64,000 bases of DNA from Oceanispirochaeta sp. (GTDB lineage: Bacteria; Spirochaetota; Spirochaetia; DSM-2461): the NCBI GenBank assembly GCA_963666275.2, contig CAXXOA010000002.1, positions 1-64,000 of the forward strand, read 5' to 3'. Below the pieces are notes generated by a model, which searched no databases, had not been told where the DNA came from, and worked only from the letters and a program-made list of their open reading frames with translations. Within the stretch, counting starts at the first letter, position 1. Each line of letters starts with the position of its first letter. Below are positions 49,704 to 59,851 of this stretch, one piece after another. Made by a program: the position numbers and the translations under genes.

Positions 49704-50418
49704 AGTAGTTGATCTTCATAAATATTTCGGAGAACTGGAAGTCCTCAGAGGCATAAGCGAACAGATTGATCAGGGAGAGGTCATAAGTGTTATCGGTCCA
49801 TCGGGAAGCGGAAAGAGTACCTTCCTCAGATGTTTGAACCGTCTTGAAGAACCCACATCCGGGAATATCTTTATCGAAGGGACAGAGATCACCGATCCTG
49901 CCACAGATATAGATAAACTCCGGGAAAAAGTGGGCATGGTTTTTCAGCAGTTCAACCTTTTTCCTCATAAAACCGTACTGGAAAATATAATCCTTGCCCC
50001 CGTAAAACTGGGAAAAATGGGAGTGGAAGAGGCAAAGGTAAGGGCTGCAGAACTTCTCGAACGTGTAGGCCTGGCGGATAAAAGGGATGAATATCCCAAC
50101 CGTCTCTCGGGAGGTCAGAAACAGAGAGTTGCAATCGCAAGGGCTCTGGCGATGAATCCCGATATTATGCTTTTTGATGAACCCACCAGTGCGCTCGACC
50201 CGGAAATGGTCGGAGAAGTCCTTGATGTGATCAAACAGCTGGCATCAGAAGGAATGACCATGGTTGTGGTCACTCATGAAATGGGTTTTGCACGGGAAGT
50301 AAGCAACAGAGTCCTCTTTATAGATGAAGGGATTATTGTTGAGAACAGACCGCCCGAGGAACTGTTCAGCAATCCACAAAATGAAAGGACAAGAGATTTC
50401 CTCTCAAAGGTATTGTGA
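49696..50418 (+). CDS. Amino-acid ABC ATPase (GlnQ-like)
   Basis: [28 protein letters not shown]. Confidence 0.95.
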   Translation: MIKVVDLHKYFGELEVLRGISEQIDQGEVISVIGPSGSGKSTFLRCLNRLEEPTSGNIFIEGTEITDPATDIDKLREKVGMVFQQFNLFPHKTVLENIILAPVKLGKMGVEEAKVRAAELLERVGLADKRDEYPNRLSGGQKQRVAIARALAMNPDIMLFDEPTSALDPEMVGEVLDVIKQLASEGMTMVVVTHEMGFAREVSNRVLFIDEGIIVENRPPEELFSNPQNERTRDFLSKVL

Positions 50419-50545
50419 GGGAGTGAACAATATGCCCGGCGCCATAGCCCGGGTATGTCTCATGGTTTGATAGGAATCCAGCTTTACCCCACAAAATGAC
50501 AGAGAGAACAGAAATCAATACCAGGATGGAATCTCTAAAAAGTCC

Positions 50546-51220
50546 TTACTCCCCGCCTGATTCTATAAGCCTGTTTCCCTCTTCCGGAAGCATGGGGCCT
50601 GCAATTTTTCCGAGGAGAACTCTGTCCGCCGCAGCATAACCTTCCCGGTTTTTCCTTTTCTGTATGGCTCCCTTCTTTTCCAGAGAAGCAAGATTCCTTG
50701 TGAGATGCCTGTAGCTGCATCCCATCCATTCGGAAAGCTGCCCCAGGTTCTGGGCCATCAGAGCGGGATCCTGTAAAAGCAGGTAGTAGTGGGCCAGTCT
50801 GACCTCCAGGGGATAGCTTGTGTTTATGGCTTCTGAAATGGAATTTTCATGCACCTTCCTGGCCAGCCCCTGTCCGAGAGCGAAAATCAGATCGCGATAC
50901 TGATCCCGCTTTAACTGTATATCAGCAATGGGGAGAACCAGAGTCCGGGCTTTCTCTGCGCATTGAACCGAACAGGACGCGGAATCACTGCCAAGGAAAA
51001 CTTCCAGATCCCCGATAACAGCACCGGGTGAATAGATGCGGTAGAGCTTTTCCCGCCCGTTGTTCATGGTTCTGAAAACTCTGAATTTGCCTTCAGTTAT
51101 AAAATAGAGTCCCCCGATCCTGTTCCCCTCTCTGCACAGAAACTCTCCCTTATGCCATTCCTGAATTTCCGACCTTGAAGATTCCAGAAATATTCTTTTA
51201 ATTTCACCTGACTGGGACAT
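50546..51220 (-). CDS. Crp/Fnr family regulator
   Basis: cNMP-binding fold (GDLE) and C-terminal HTH GCSYRHLTR. Confidence 0.88.
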   Translation of the reverse strand: MSQSGEIKRIFLESSRSEIQEWHKGEFLCREGNRIGGLYFITEGKFRVFRTMNNGREKLYRIYSPGAVIGDLEVFLGSDSASCSVQCAEKARTLVLPIADIQLKRDQYRDLIFALGQGLARKVHENSISEAINTSYPLEVRLAHYYLLLQDPALMAQNLGQLSEWMGCSYRHLTRNLASLEKKGAIQKRKNREGYAAADRVLLGKIAGPMLPEEGNRLIESGGE

Positions 51221-51226
51221 ATGTCC
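51215..51226. promoter_or_regulatory. Perfect palindrome, putative operator of the Crp/Fnr regulator
   Basis: GGACATATGTCC overlapping the regulator start codon in a 66-bp divergent gap. Confidence 0.6.
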
Positions 51227-51286
51227 TACCCCCTGTGCAAGATTCTAGGATAGCATCGTCTCCATATACAAGCAGGAAGGACAGGC

Positions 51287-52207
51287 ATGCCTTTTATATT
51301 ATCCGTTATTACGGGATTTTCAGTGGCTCTTATGATACAGATGAATGGGGTTCTGCAGATAGCTGTGGGGGGAATCCCTGCTCTGCTGGCCATACACCTC
51401 AGCGGCCTGACAGGGGCCCTTGTATTTCTGCTTCTGATGCAGAAAAGGATGCAGGGGGATTCTTCGGAAAAGACTCCGGCAGTCTATCTGACTGCGGGAA
51501 TGCTGGGAACTCTTCTTGTCTATCTTGCCAGTGTGATCTTTGAAAAAGGAGGGATACTCTTCTCCCTGAGCGGTTCTCTGGCGGGTCAGACTCTTGCAGC
51601 TGCATTGGTGGAAAGCCTCTATCCGACTGACCGCAGCCGCTCGCCCAGACTCCAGAGATTCCTTTCTCCGCTTCTCCTTATCCCCGGCTCTGTCATCATC
51701 GGGATAAAAGCCGGAGCCGGCCCGTTATGGATTCTCATATCCTGGACCCCGGGTGTTATCCTTATGGTTCAGCAGGTAATGAACTCCCGGAATACAGCCC
51801 GCTACGGAACTCCCCGTACCATTGTTTTCAACTACCTGTCAGCCCTGGTGATTATAATCCCCCTGTTCCTTTTCCGATCCGGTAGCCCCGTTACAGGCAC
51901 AGGCCTTGCCGGACAAGTGATACAGCTGCCCTGGTACGTGACTGCCGGGGGCGGCCTGATCGGGGTGTTTACAACGGGAATGATAGCCTATCTGCTTCTG
52001 GTTTCACCGGCCCTTACAGTGACTCTGGGCATCTACGCTGGAGAGCTGGCAGGGGGATTGATTCTGGATCTCTTTTACGGAAGGGAAATTGAAGCTCTGA
52101 AGCTGGCAGGAGTGCTTATTATTGCTGTCGGACTGATGACAGGAAAGATTAGAAGTCCCCGGAAAGAAAGACCACAGAGACTGGAGCAGGCAAACCACTC
52201 TCAATAA
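51287..52207 (+). CDS. DMT family transporter
   Basis: About 10 TM segments in two repeats. Confidence 0.75.
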   Translation: MPFILSVITGFSVALMIQMNGVLQIAVGGIPALLAIHLSGLTGALVFLLLMQKRMQGDSSEKTPAVYLTAGMLGTLLVYLASVIFEKGGILFSLSGSLAGQTLAAALVESLYPTDRSRSPRLQRFLSPLLLIPGSVIIGIKAGAGPLWILISWTPGVILMVQQVMNSRNTARYGTPRTIVFNYLSALVIIIPLFLFRSGSPVTGTGLAGQVIQLPWYVTAGGGLIGVFTTGMIAYLLLVSPALTVTLGIYAGELAGGLILDLFYGREIEALKLAGVLIIAVGLMTGKIRSPRKERPQRLEQANHSQ

Positions 52208-52391
52208 AAAGCTATTTGCTGTAGCCCTTTCAATCGGACCTGAAGTGTTATCCCTCAGGAACCCTATTCTCTTTTTCTGATCAGAAAATATCCCTGAATT
52301 CAGACATTTTCCAAAAATTTACTGAAGACTCTTCTATTTTTAAACATCATCGTTTTGGTAGAAACAATATGATTAGATGAGGGATATAATT

Positions 52392-53666
52392 CTATTCCTG
52401 CTGTTTCTCACGGAATTCTCTGGGCGTCATACCCTCATTCTGCTTAAAAACCTCTGAAAAGTATCTTTTGTTTTTAAACCCTACCTCTCTGGCAATATCG
52501 CAAATAAGTTCTGAGCGATCTGAAAGCATAGACTTCGCCTTTTCAATCCTTAGATCCCTGATATAACTTGCTATATTCATACCTACTTCTCTGTTGAAAA
52601 TACTGCTCAGATAAGACGGGCTTACATGAATCTGATCAGCTATAAAAGTCAGAGAGATGTCCCATCGACAATAACTGATCTTGATGGTGCTGAGAGCGAG
52701 CTGGGTAATACGGCTGAATCGCTGCTCCCTCCGGGTAATGATTTCAATACACTCAGCAAATAGATCATGAAGAGCTTCAGTAAACATCTCTATAGAAGGA
52801 TAGATTTCGGCATCAAAAGCCGAATCGATACCATCACTGACCGGAATATCATAGGCTCTGCTGCATTGCAGATAAAAACGTTTGAGGAGAAGTGCTGTAT
52901 CATGCAGCAGATAGCTATCAAAACTGTATTTGATTTTTCCCAGCATCAGATCCAAGAGATTGTTTTTAAAAGTCTCAAAATCTCCGAGATTGACTGCTGA
53001 AATAACTCCCTGGGTCAATTTCTGAATATCCGATGCATCAGGAAAAACACGAATCTGTGCAAGCTTTTCCGGCGTGAGTGTCATTGGTTCCATAAGAAAA
53101 TATTTCTTCCCGGAAAGCATCATGAGTTCTGATAAAACTGTCGGCAGATTTTCCATACTCTGACTGTCTCTGGTGAAATAGGTCTGATTACAGTATCTGG
53201 CATCTTTTAAGAAGGTCTCGCAATACTGCTTCTGCAAAAACTCCTGGGCCAGACTGAAAAGCCTGTCCAAAGAGAGACCAGAGTGGGAACCGGGGCTGAC
53301 AATCATTATGATCTGTTTATCAGCATAGAGGTGCAGAAAAATCTCCCCCGTATAACCGTATCTTGAAAATAGATCCTGCATATGCTGCTCAAACTGAATG
53401 TAGAGCTCCATGTAGTCATTGGTACTAAGTCCGTAAATACCGGAGTAAACAGCTTTCCTCAAACCCAGAAGGCAGATACGGCAGTCTTCAGGATGAAAAC
53501 GGAGGGGAGGTTCTTTTTCTTTAATAAGCAGGTCATCAAGATAACTTCTATTCTGCCCGGAAACCAGCTCGTTGAGAAAGACAAGGCGGGTATAGGAATT
53601 TCTTGATTCTCCGACAATTTGATAATACATACAATAAAAGTATAACCGGGAAACAGAGCTGTTCAC
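52392..53666 (-). CDS. AraC family regulator
   Basis: C-terminal HVSPSYLS.IF...VGF....YFS.VFK...GMTP.EFR; start uncertain. Confidence 0.9.
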   Translation of the reverse strand: MNSSVSRLYFYCMYYQIVGESRNSYTRLVFLNELVSGQNRSYLDDLLIKEKEPPLRFHPEDCRICLLGLRKAVYSGIYGLSTNDYMELYIQFEQHMQDLFSRYGYTGEIFLHLYADKQIIMIVSPGSHSGLSLDRLFSLAQEFLQKQYCETFLKDARYCNQTYFTRDSQSMENLPTVLSELMMLSGKKYFLMEPMTLTPEKLAQIRVFPDASDIQKLTQGVISAVNLGDFETFKNNLLDLMLGKIKYSFDSYLLHDTALLLKRFYLQCSRAYDIPVSDGIDSAFDAEIYPSIEMFTEALHDLFAECIEIITRREQRFSRITQLALSTIKISYCRWDISLTFIADQIHVSPSYLSSIFNREVGMNIASYIRDLRIEKAKSMLSDRSELICDIAREVGFKNKRYFSEVFKQNEGMTPREFREKQQE

Positions 53667-53708
53667 AGTCAGAGTTCCATGAACAGACTGCTTCCCGATA
53701 AATGCTGA

Positions 53709-55619
53709 TTATTTCATTGCCTCTTCGCCGGCGATACGTCCGAAAGTGATGATATCTGCAATAGCATTTCCTCCCAGACGATTAGCGCCGTGGATGCCTC
53801 CAGTGACTTCTCCCGCAGCAAACAGCCCGGGAATAACATTGCCGTCCCGGCCAATTACCTGGGCGTTCCCGTTAATCTGAATTCCTCCCATAGTATGATG
53901 AACTTTGGGAGTTACATAGATAGCATAGAAAGGACCTTGCTCTATGCGGATTCCAAATACCTGACGTCCCAGCTCATCAGACTGCACATCAACCGCCTGA
54001 TTGTAATCGGAGATCGTCTGCTGAAGTACAGCAGGATCCATTTCAAGCTGCTCTGCCAGATTCTGGATGGTATCCGCTTTAAACATCAATTCTCCATCAA
54101 TAAGATCATTAATCACAAATCCAGCATAGGTTTTTCCACCAAGACGGCCGTCAGCCTCCTGAGTATCAGTGATCCAATAACAGCTTGCTCCTGTCTGAGC
54201 CAGTGTTGCCGAGGCTATCTCATCACGGCGTCCATCCTCTTTGACATAGCGACGGCCCTCTTTATTCACATAAATCATATTGTTGATGGCAGCGGAAAAA
54301 TCCTGCTTATCAGCATTTGTCAGGAGCTGGATCCATTCCATGCCCACAAGGTTGGCATCAGCAGTCAGAGCGATACTGATACCATCTCCTGTAGCAGAGG
54401 GAACATTCGTGGTTTTCACATCCGGTCCGAGATCAGGCCAGTGTTTATTGTACTTCTGTCTCATGTCTACATTCGCCCCAAAGCCTCCAGTAGCAATAAT
54501 AACGCTCTTGCCTGCCCGGGCTTCAAAGGTATCCCCTTCAGCAGTCTTGCCGGAGACACCCACAACTTTACCGTTATCCATGAGCAGGGTATCAGCTCTG
54601 TGATACAGTTTCACCTGACCGCCCAGTTCCTGAACCTTGGCCCACTGGGGCAGAACAAATGCGGCACCTTTTGTTCCCCAGGGTTCGGGTTCAGGCATAT
54701 GGCTGCGGCTCCAGGTAGCTCCAATGGCTGCAGTGACATTCTCTTTCCACCGTGTACCCAGTTCTTCCATAAACTTGACACTTTCAGCAGCGCCTTCGCA
54801 GTAGCGGTCCACAAGAGCAGGGTCTGCGACATAATCACCGCCGATGTATGTCTGGAGCTTATGAAGATCCGTTGAATCGTAAAGATAGGTAGCGCCTTCG
54901 GCAATATGCGCATCCAGACCTTTTCGAACAGAGGACTGCCATTTGGCCATCCAATCGTCATGAGGTTCCAGAGCCAGGATTGCCTGGATCTTTTTGATCT
55001 CCGACTCGGACATGGGCATATTTTTCTGACGATCCGGATCGGCACCGTTGAGAGCACTTCCTGCAGCAATTGTATTTCCGCCTACAGCTCCGGTCTTTTC
55101 AATAAGCAGAACGGAACCTCCCGCACTGAGAGCTTTGTAAGCAGCAGTGATACCAGCCCCTCCGGCTCCTATAATGACCACATCAGCCTCATATTCCAGA
55201 TGTTCACTGGCTTTCTTTTCATCCGCCGCAGCTTCTCTCGAGATGACAGCCTCACTGGCTCCAGCCAACAGTAGAGCTGCCTTGACCGCACCGAGAATAC
55301 CTTTACTGGAATAGGAAGCTCCTGAGATAACATCCAGAGCAATAGTCTGTTTTTCGATGATTCGTCCGGGCAACTCATTAAATGCAGGATCAGAGATTCC
55401 GATACTTTCCTTATGATCCTTAAATGTGATTTCCTCAATACGGGAGTCACTGACTGTAACGACAGCTGTAACCGGCCCATTCATCCCCTCCGCAGTCCCT
55501 TCATAGGTTCCGCTCTTAAATATAGCTTCTACGCTTTTTTCAGATGATTCTGATCCGCATCCTATAAGCCCGAAGGTTAGAATGACGCTAATCATCAACA
55601 GCAAGATTCTTTTAGTCAT
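53709..55619 (-). CDS. Lipoprotein flavocytochrome c/UrdA-like reductase with FMN-binding domain
   Basis: LIGC lipobox, DVISGASYSS, IGAGGAG, HHTMGG, GANRLGGNA. Confidence 0.88.
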   Translation of the reverse strand: MTKRILLLMISVILTFGLIGCGSESSEKSVEAIFKSGTYEGTAEGMNGPVTAVVTVSDSRIEEITFKDHKESIGISDPAFNELPGRIIEKQTIALDVISGASYSSKGILGAVKAALLLAGASEAVISREAAADEKKASEHLEYEADVVIIGAGGAGITAAYKALSAGGSVLLIEKTGAVGGNTIAAGSALNGADPDRQKNMPMSESEIKKIQAILALEPHDDWMAKWQSSVRKGLDAHIAEGATYLYDSTDLHKLQTYIGGDYVADPALVDRYCEGAAESVKFMEELGTRWKENVTAAIGATWSRSHMPEPEPWGTKGAAFVLPQWAKVQELGGQVKLYHRADTLLMDNGKVVGVSGKTAEGDTFEARAGKSVIIATGGFGANVDMRQKYNKHWPDLGPDVKTTNVPSATGDGISIALTADANLVGMEWIQLLTNADKQDFSAAINNMIYVNKEGRRYVKEDGRRDEIASATLAQTGASCYWITDTQEADGRLGGKTYAGFVINDLIDGELMFKADTIQNLAEQLEMDPAVLQQTISDYNQAVDVQSDELGRQVFGIRIEQGPFYAIYVTPKVHHTMGGIQINGNAQVIGRDGNVIPGLFAAGEVTGGIHGANRLGGNAIADIITFGRIAGEEAMK

Positions 55620-56166
55620 TAGATCTCTCCTTATCGATATTTATTTACCTAAACTACCATGAGAGGATTGCCATCACAAGTGAGAATTTTTTTGGAAAGG
55701 TGCCAAAAATTTTGGATCAATAATTATATCCCATAAATTTGTCCGCATTTTTCATCAAAAATCATACTGGGAAATACCCTCTGCTTCCGGTTTCGGAGTC
55801 AGGCATTCATTCAAGTAGGGGATGATTCTGCCTTGGATTGCTCAAAATCATCCCTCTCCGGACAAGAAATCGGAAGATATTCAAACATTCCCATAAAATA
55901 TCAAACATCCTTGCCCTTCAATAGGTCGTCTCGGATTTTTACGAAAATTCTGTACCCAACTGAAGAAGATTCCTCATGTACTTCTGAAACGGCCGCCCCT
56001 AAGATAAGCCATACGGTGTTGCACCGGAAAAATGATTAAGACAGTGACAGGCTGAAGCGAACGCACTGAATCAGAATAGGATCGTCCGGAGGCTAATCTC
56101 TCTGAATGATCTTCAGCCTGCAAACATTGTGTTAATCCCACCTACGTATTTTCTAAGGAGGAATAT

Positions 56167-57153
56167 ATGAAGAAGATTTTGTGTATGCTGATTGTATTAT
56201 CAGCGCTGGGTTCGGTAACTATGTTCGCCGGCGGACAGACCGACTCGAATTCGATTAAAGTCGGAATTGTGAACCTGCCGCCCGAAGAATCCGGTTACAG
56301 ACAGGCCAATGTGGACGCCATGAACAGTGTCTTTTCAGCAGAGAAAGGCTATGACGCAAAACAGACCAATACCGGAGACAACAGTGAGCAGATCGCCGCA
56401 GCCAAAGGGTATATCCGGGACGGAGTGGATTATCTTCTCATTTCGGCAGCCAATGCATCCGGATGGGACGACACCCTGAAGTCCGCAAAAGAAGCAGGTG
56501 TAAAAGTTATCCTTTTCGACCGCCTGATCGATACAAGTGAATCAAACTATCAGGCAGCCCTGGTTTCCGATATGGCTTATGAAGGCAAAATGGCAACAGA
56601 TTGGGTTCTGAACCTGGGTCTGAATGAAATCAATCTGGTTCTGATCCGGGGCCAGTTGGGATCTGCCGCAGAAATCGGCCGGAGCAGCGCCGTCCTCGAG
56701 GCAGCTGCCGCCAATAAACTCAATATCGTAGCGGATGGAACAGGTGGAGACAGCTGGAGCCTTGAAGAAGCCCGGAAAGTGGTGGAAGCCGCCATTGCGG
56801 CAGGCAAAGATTTCAACGTGATCTACGCTCAGAATGACGGTATGGCCCAGGGAGCTGTTCAGGCTCTTGAAGCAGCCGGTATCACCCACGGTAAAGACGG
56901 TAAGGTCAAGGTTATCGGTTTTGACTTCAACCGCTTCGCCCTGAGGAACGTACAGGAAGGTTACTGGAACGCCAATATGCAGTGTAATCCCCGCCAGGCA
57001 GCAGAGATCGCCAGGTGGATCGAAAGCGGTTCGCTCCCCAGCGGAATCCAGTATCAGGAAGAACTGCTGGTTACTACAGACACAATATCCGATGAAATTA
57101 TCGACCAGTGGGGAATCAATGCCGATCCCGGAAAAGGTGTGATAACCAGGTAA
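56167..57153 (+). CDS. Sugar ABC substrate-binding protein
   Basis: ESGYRQAN, VILFDR, AQNDGMAQGA, QCNP. Confidence 0.9.
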   Translation: MKKILCMLIVLSALGSVTMFAGGQTDSNSIKVGIVNLPPEESGYRQANVDAMNSVFSAEKGYDAKQTNTGDNSEQIAAAKGYIRDGVDYLLISAANASGWDDTLKSAKEAGVKVILFDRLIDTSESNYQAALVSDMAYEGKMATDWVLNLGLNEINLVLIRGQLGSAAEIGRSSAVLEAAAANKLNIVADGTGGDSWSLEEARKVVEAAIAAGKDFNVIYAQNDGMAQGAVQALEAAGITHGKDGKVKVIGFDFNRFALRNVQEGYWNANMQCNPRQAAEIARWIESGSLPSGIQYQEELLVTTDTISDEIIDQWGINADPGKGVITR

Positions 57154-57268
57154 TCGCGATCATTGCACGATTTTACCTATCGGAACTTGTATGTGCGGTG
57201 CGCTGTGCGGGAATCTTTCGCGTACAACGTACCGCAATGAATTTGAAAAGAACCAAGGAGGATCCGGA

Positions 57269-58771
57269 TTGGAGCCTTTAAACATACTAGAAATGGAAGG
57301 CATCAGCAAATCGTTTCCCGGGGTACAGGCACTGGATGCCGTTGACTTCTCGCTCCGTAGGGGTGAGATCCATGCCGTGATGGGCGAAAACGGTGCGGGC
57401 AAGTCAACCCTGATAAAGGTCATAACCGGAGTCTACGAAAAGGACACCGGCCGTATTGTCCTGGATGGAGAGCCGATTCACTTCAAATCGCCCCAGGAAG
57501 CTCAGAACTCGGGGATAGGCACAGTGTATCAGGAAATAACCCTATGCCCCAATTTGACCGTGGCGGAAAACATGTTCATCGGCCGCGGGAACAGCCCCTT
57601 CATCACGTGGAAACATATGAACGAAAAGGCGGCCGGGCTGCTGGACTCTCTCGGGATTCCCGCCAGTCCGACCCAGGAACTGACCAGCTGTTCCATCGCC
57701 ATCCAGCAGATGATAGCCATTGCCCGGGCAGTCGATATGGACTGCAAAATACTCATTCTGGATGAGCCGACCTCCTCACTGGACGATGACGAAGTGAATA
57801 AACTCTTCATCCTCATGAGAGAGCTGAAAGCCCGGGGAGTGGGAATCATCTTCATAACCCACTTTCTTGAACAGGTCTATGAGATAACAGACAGGATCAC
57901 GGTCCTCCGCAATGGACAGTTGATCGGTGAATATGAAACTTCATCTCTTCCCCAGATCGAACTCATTGCGAAAATGATGGGAAAAAACCTGGATGATGTC
58001 ACAAAGATAAAAAAGCACGAGCCTCTGCTCTCCGGATCAGATGCCCCTGTTTACGAAGCAAAAACTCTTTCCAGCGACGCCGGGGTTCGGCCCTTCGACT
58101 TCACCATACAAAAAGGAGAAGTGAACGGGTTCGCAGGTCTCCTGGGCTCCGGACGCAGTGAATGTGCACGCGCCATATTCGCTGCCGACAAGGTGACAGG
58201 GGGCGAAATCAAAATGAAAGGCAGGAGCTTAAAGATTAGGACCCCCCTGCAGGCCATGAAACAGGGGATCGGATACCTGCCTGAGGACAGAAAAAGGGAC
58301 GGGATTGTGGATGAACTTTCAGTCCGGGACAATATCATTCTGGCTTATCAGGTTCTGAAGGGCTTTTTCAAGCCCCTCTCGCAAAAGATGGCTGAAGAAT
58401 TTGCAGATGAGTTTATTGAAAAACTTAAAATCAAAACGCCTTCCTCGGAGACCCCGATCAAGTCGTTATCCGGCGGCAATCAGCAGAAGGTTATTCTGGC
58501 CCGCTGGCTGCTGACCCACCCTGAGTACCTGATCCTCGATGAGCCCACAAGGGGGATAGACGTGGGGACCAAAGTGGAGATTCAAAAACTGGTGGTCAAA
58601 CTCGCCGAAGAGGGAATGAGCCTGACCTTTATATCTTCTGAAATTGACGAAATGATCCGAACCTGCTCCCGCATGATCGTCATGAAAGACCGGGAAATTG
58701 TAGGGGAGCTCAGTGGAACGGATATAACGGAAAACGATATCATGCAGAAAATTGCCCAGGGAGGTGAGTAA
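57269..58771 (+). CDS. Sugar ABC ATPase (two NBDs)
   Basis: GENGAGKST, LSGGNQQK, LDEPTRG; TTG start after AGGAGG. Confidence 0.93.
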   Translation: MEPLNILEMEGISKSFPGVQALDAVDFSLRRGEIHAVMGENGAGKSTLIKVITGVYEKDTGRIVLDGEPIHFKSPQEAQNSGIGTVYQEITLCPNLTVAENMFIGRGNSPFITWKHMNEKAAGLLDSLGIPASPTQELTSCSIAIQQMIAIARAVDMDCKILILDEPTSSLDDDEVNKLFILMRELKARGVGIIFITHFLEQVYEITDRITVLRNGQLIGEYETSSLPQIELIAKMMGKNLDDVTKIKKHEPLLSGSDAPVYEAKTLSSDAGVRPFDFTIQKGEVNGFAGLLGSGRSECARAIFAADKVTGGEIKMKGRSLKIRTPLQAMKQGIGYLPEDRKRDGIVDELSVRDNIILAYQVLKGFFKPLSQKMAEEFADEFIEKLKIKTPSSETPIKSLSGGNQQKVILARWLLTHPEYLILDEPTRGIDVGTKVEIQKLVVKLAEEGMSLTFISSEIDEMIRTCSRMIVMKDREIVGELSGTDITENDIMQKIAQGGE

Positions 58772-58773
58772 CA

Positions 58774-59850
58774 ATGCGTAATGTGAAAGCAAAGTTCTCT
58801 CATCTCTTCCTTCCCCTTTCCGTGATGGTGCTGCTCATAATTATAAACCTGATCAAGGGTGCTGATTACTTCACCATCACAGTGGTTAACGGAGCCTTTT
58901 ACGGCAACATACCGAACATCCTGTTCGGGGCGTCCGAGCTTGTGATTCTGACCATCGGCATGACCCTGGTAACAGCGGCGTCCCAGGGCCAGGACATCAG
59001 CATCGGAGTAGCCTCCACCATTACATCCGCAGTCTTTGTCATGGTCGTCCTGAAATCCGGCGCCGATGTCACCCTTATAACCATACTGGGGGCGTTTCTC
59101 ATAAGCTGCGTTGCCGGGCTTCTTGTGGGAGCCTTCAACGGAGCTCTGGTTTCGGTATTCAATGTTCAGCCCATGGTAGCAACACTCATACTTTTTACCG
59201 GAGGCCGGTCCATCGCCTTCATGATCGATGGCAAACTGTCTCCCATACTGGCGAATGATATCTCGAACCAGATAGGGACAGTCATACCCGGAGTGCCGAT
59301 ACAGACTCCCATCATCCTGACCGCCCTCTTTATTGCCATCGTCGCCGTCGTGCTCAAGACGACCAATCTCAGGCTCTATGTGGAATCCGTCGGCATCAAT
59401 CCGAATGCAGCGCGTTTAAACGGCATCAATCCGAAAAGAATCATATTCCTTACATTTCTGATTATGGGGATCTGCACGGCAATTGCGGGATTCATCGCCG
59501 TGAACAAAGCGGGCCGCCATGACAGTGTCAATCTGCTCAAGCTGATTATGATGGATGCGATCCTTGCCGTGGCCATCGGGGGAAACTCTCTCGGGGGCGG
59601 CAGATTCAGCATCACCGGAGCAATTATAGGAGCCTATACCATTGAGGTTTTGAACAGGACCTTGCTCCGACTGGAGGTTTTGCCCGAAACAATTCCGGCG
59701 TTTAAAGCGGTCTTCATCATCATCCTCATGGTGGTGGCGTCTCCCGTGGTGAGAGCTTTTGCCAGAGACACTATTGACAAGGTCAGGGCCCGGGGAGTTT
59801 TCAAAATAAATTCCAAGGGCACCCCAGACCCCACTTTAAAGGAGGAGTAG
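58774..59850 (+). CDS. Sugar ABC permease (YtfT-like)
   Basis: GMTLVTA...DISIG, QPMVATLI, DAILAVAIGG. Confidence 0.9.
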   Translation: MRNVKAKFSHLFLPLSVMVLLIIINLIKGADYFTITVVNGAFYGNIPNILFGASELVILTIGMTLVTAASQGQDISIGVASTITSAVFVMVVLKSGADVTLITILGAFLISCVAGLLVGAFNGALVSVFNVQPMVATLILFTGGRSIAFMIDGKLSPILANDISNQIGTVIPGVPIQTPIILTALFIAIVAVVLKTTNLRLYVESVGINPNAARLNGINPKRIIFLTFLIMGICTAIAGFIAVNKAGRHDSVNLLKLIMMDAILAVAIGGNSLGGGRFSITGAIIGAYTIEVLNRTLLRLEVLPETIPAFKAVFIIILMVVASPVVRAFARDTIDKVRARGVFKINSKGTPDPTLKEE

Positions 59851-59851
59851 A

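Noticed and set aside
55690..55706. Sigma54 promoter for the reductase (TGGCAC on the minus strand)
   Set aside because: No GC at the -12 position.
55833..56039. 68-aa ORF upstream of the sugar operon
   Set aside because: TTG start, no recognisable motif; more likely promoter DNA.
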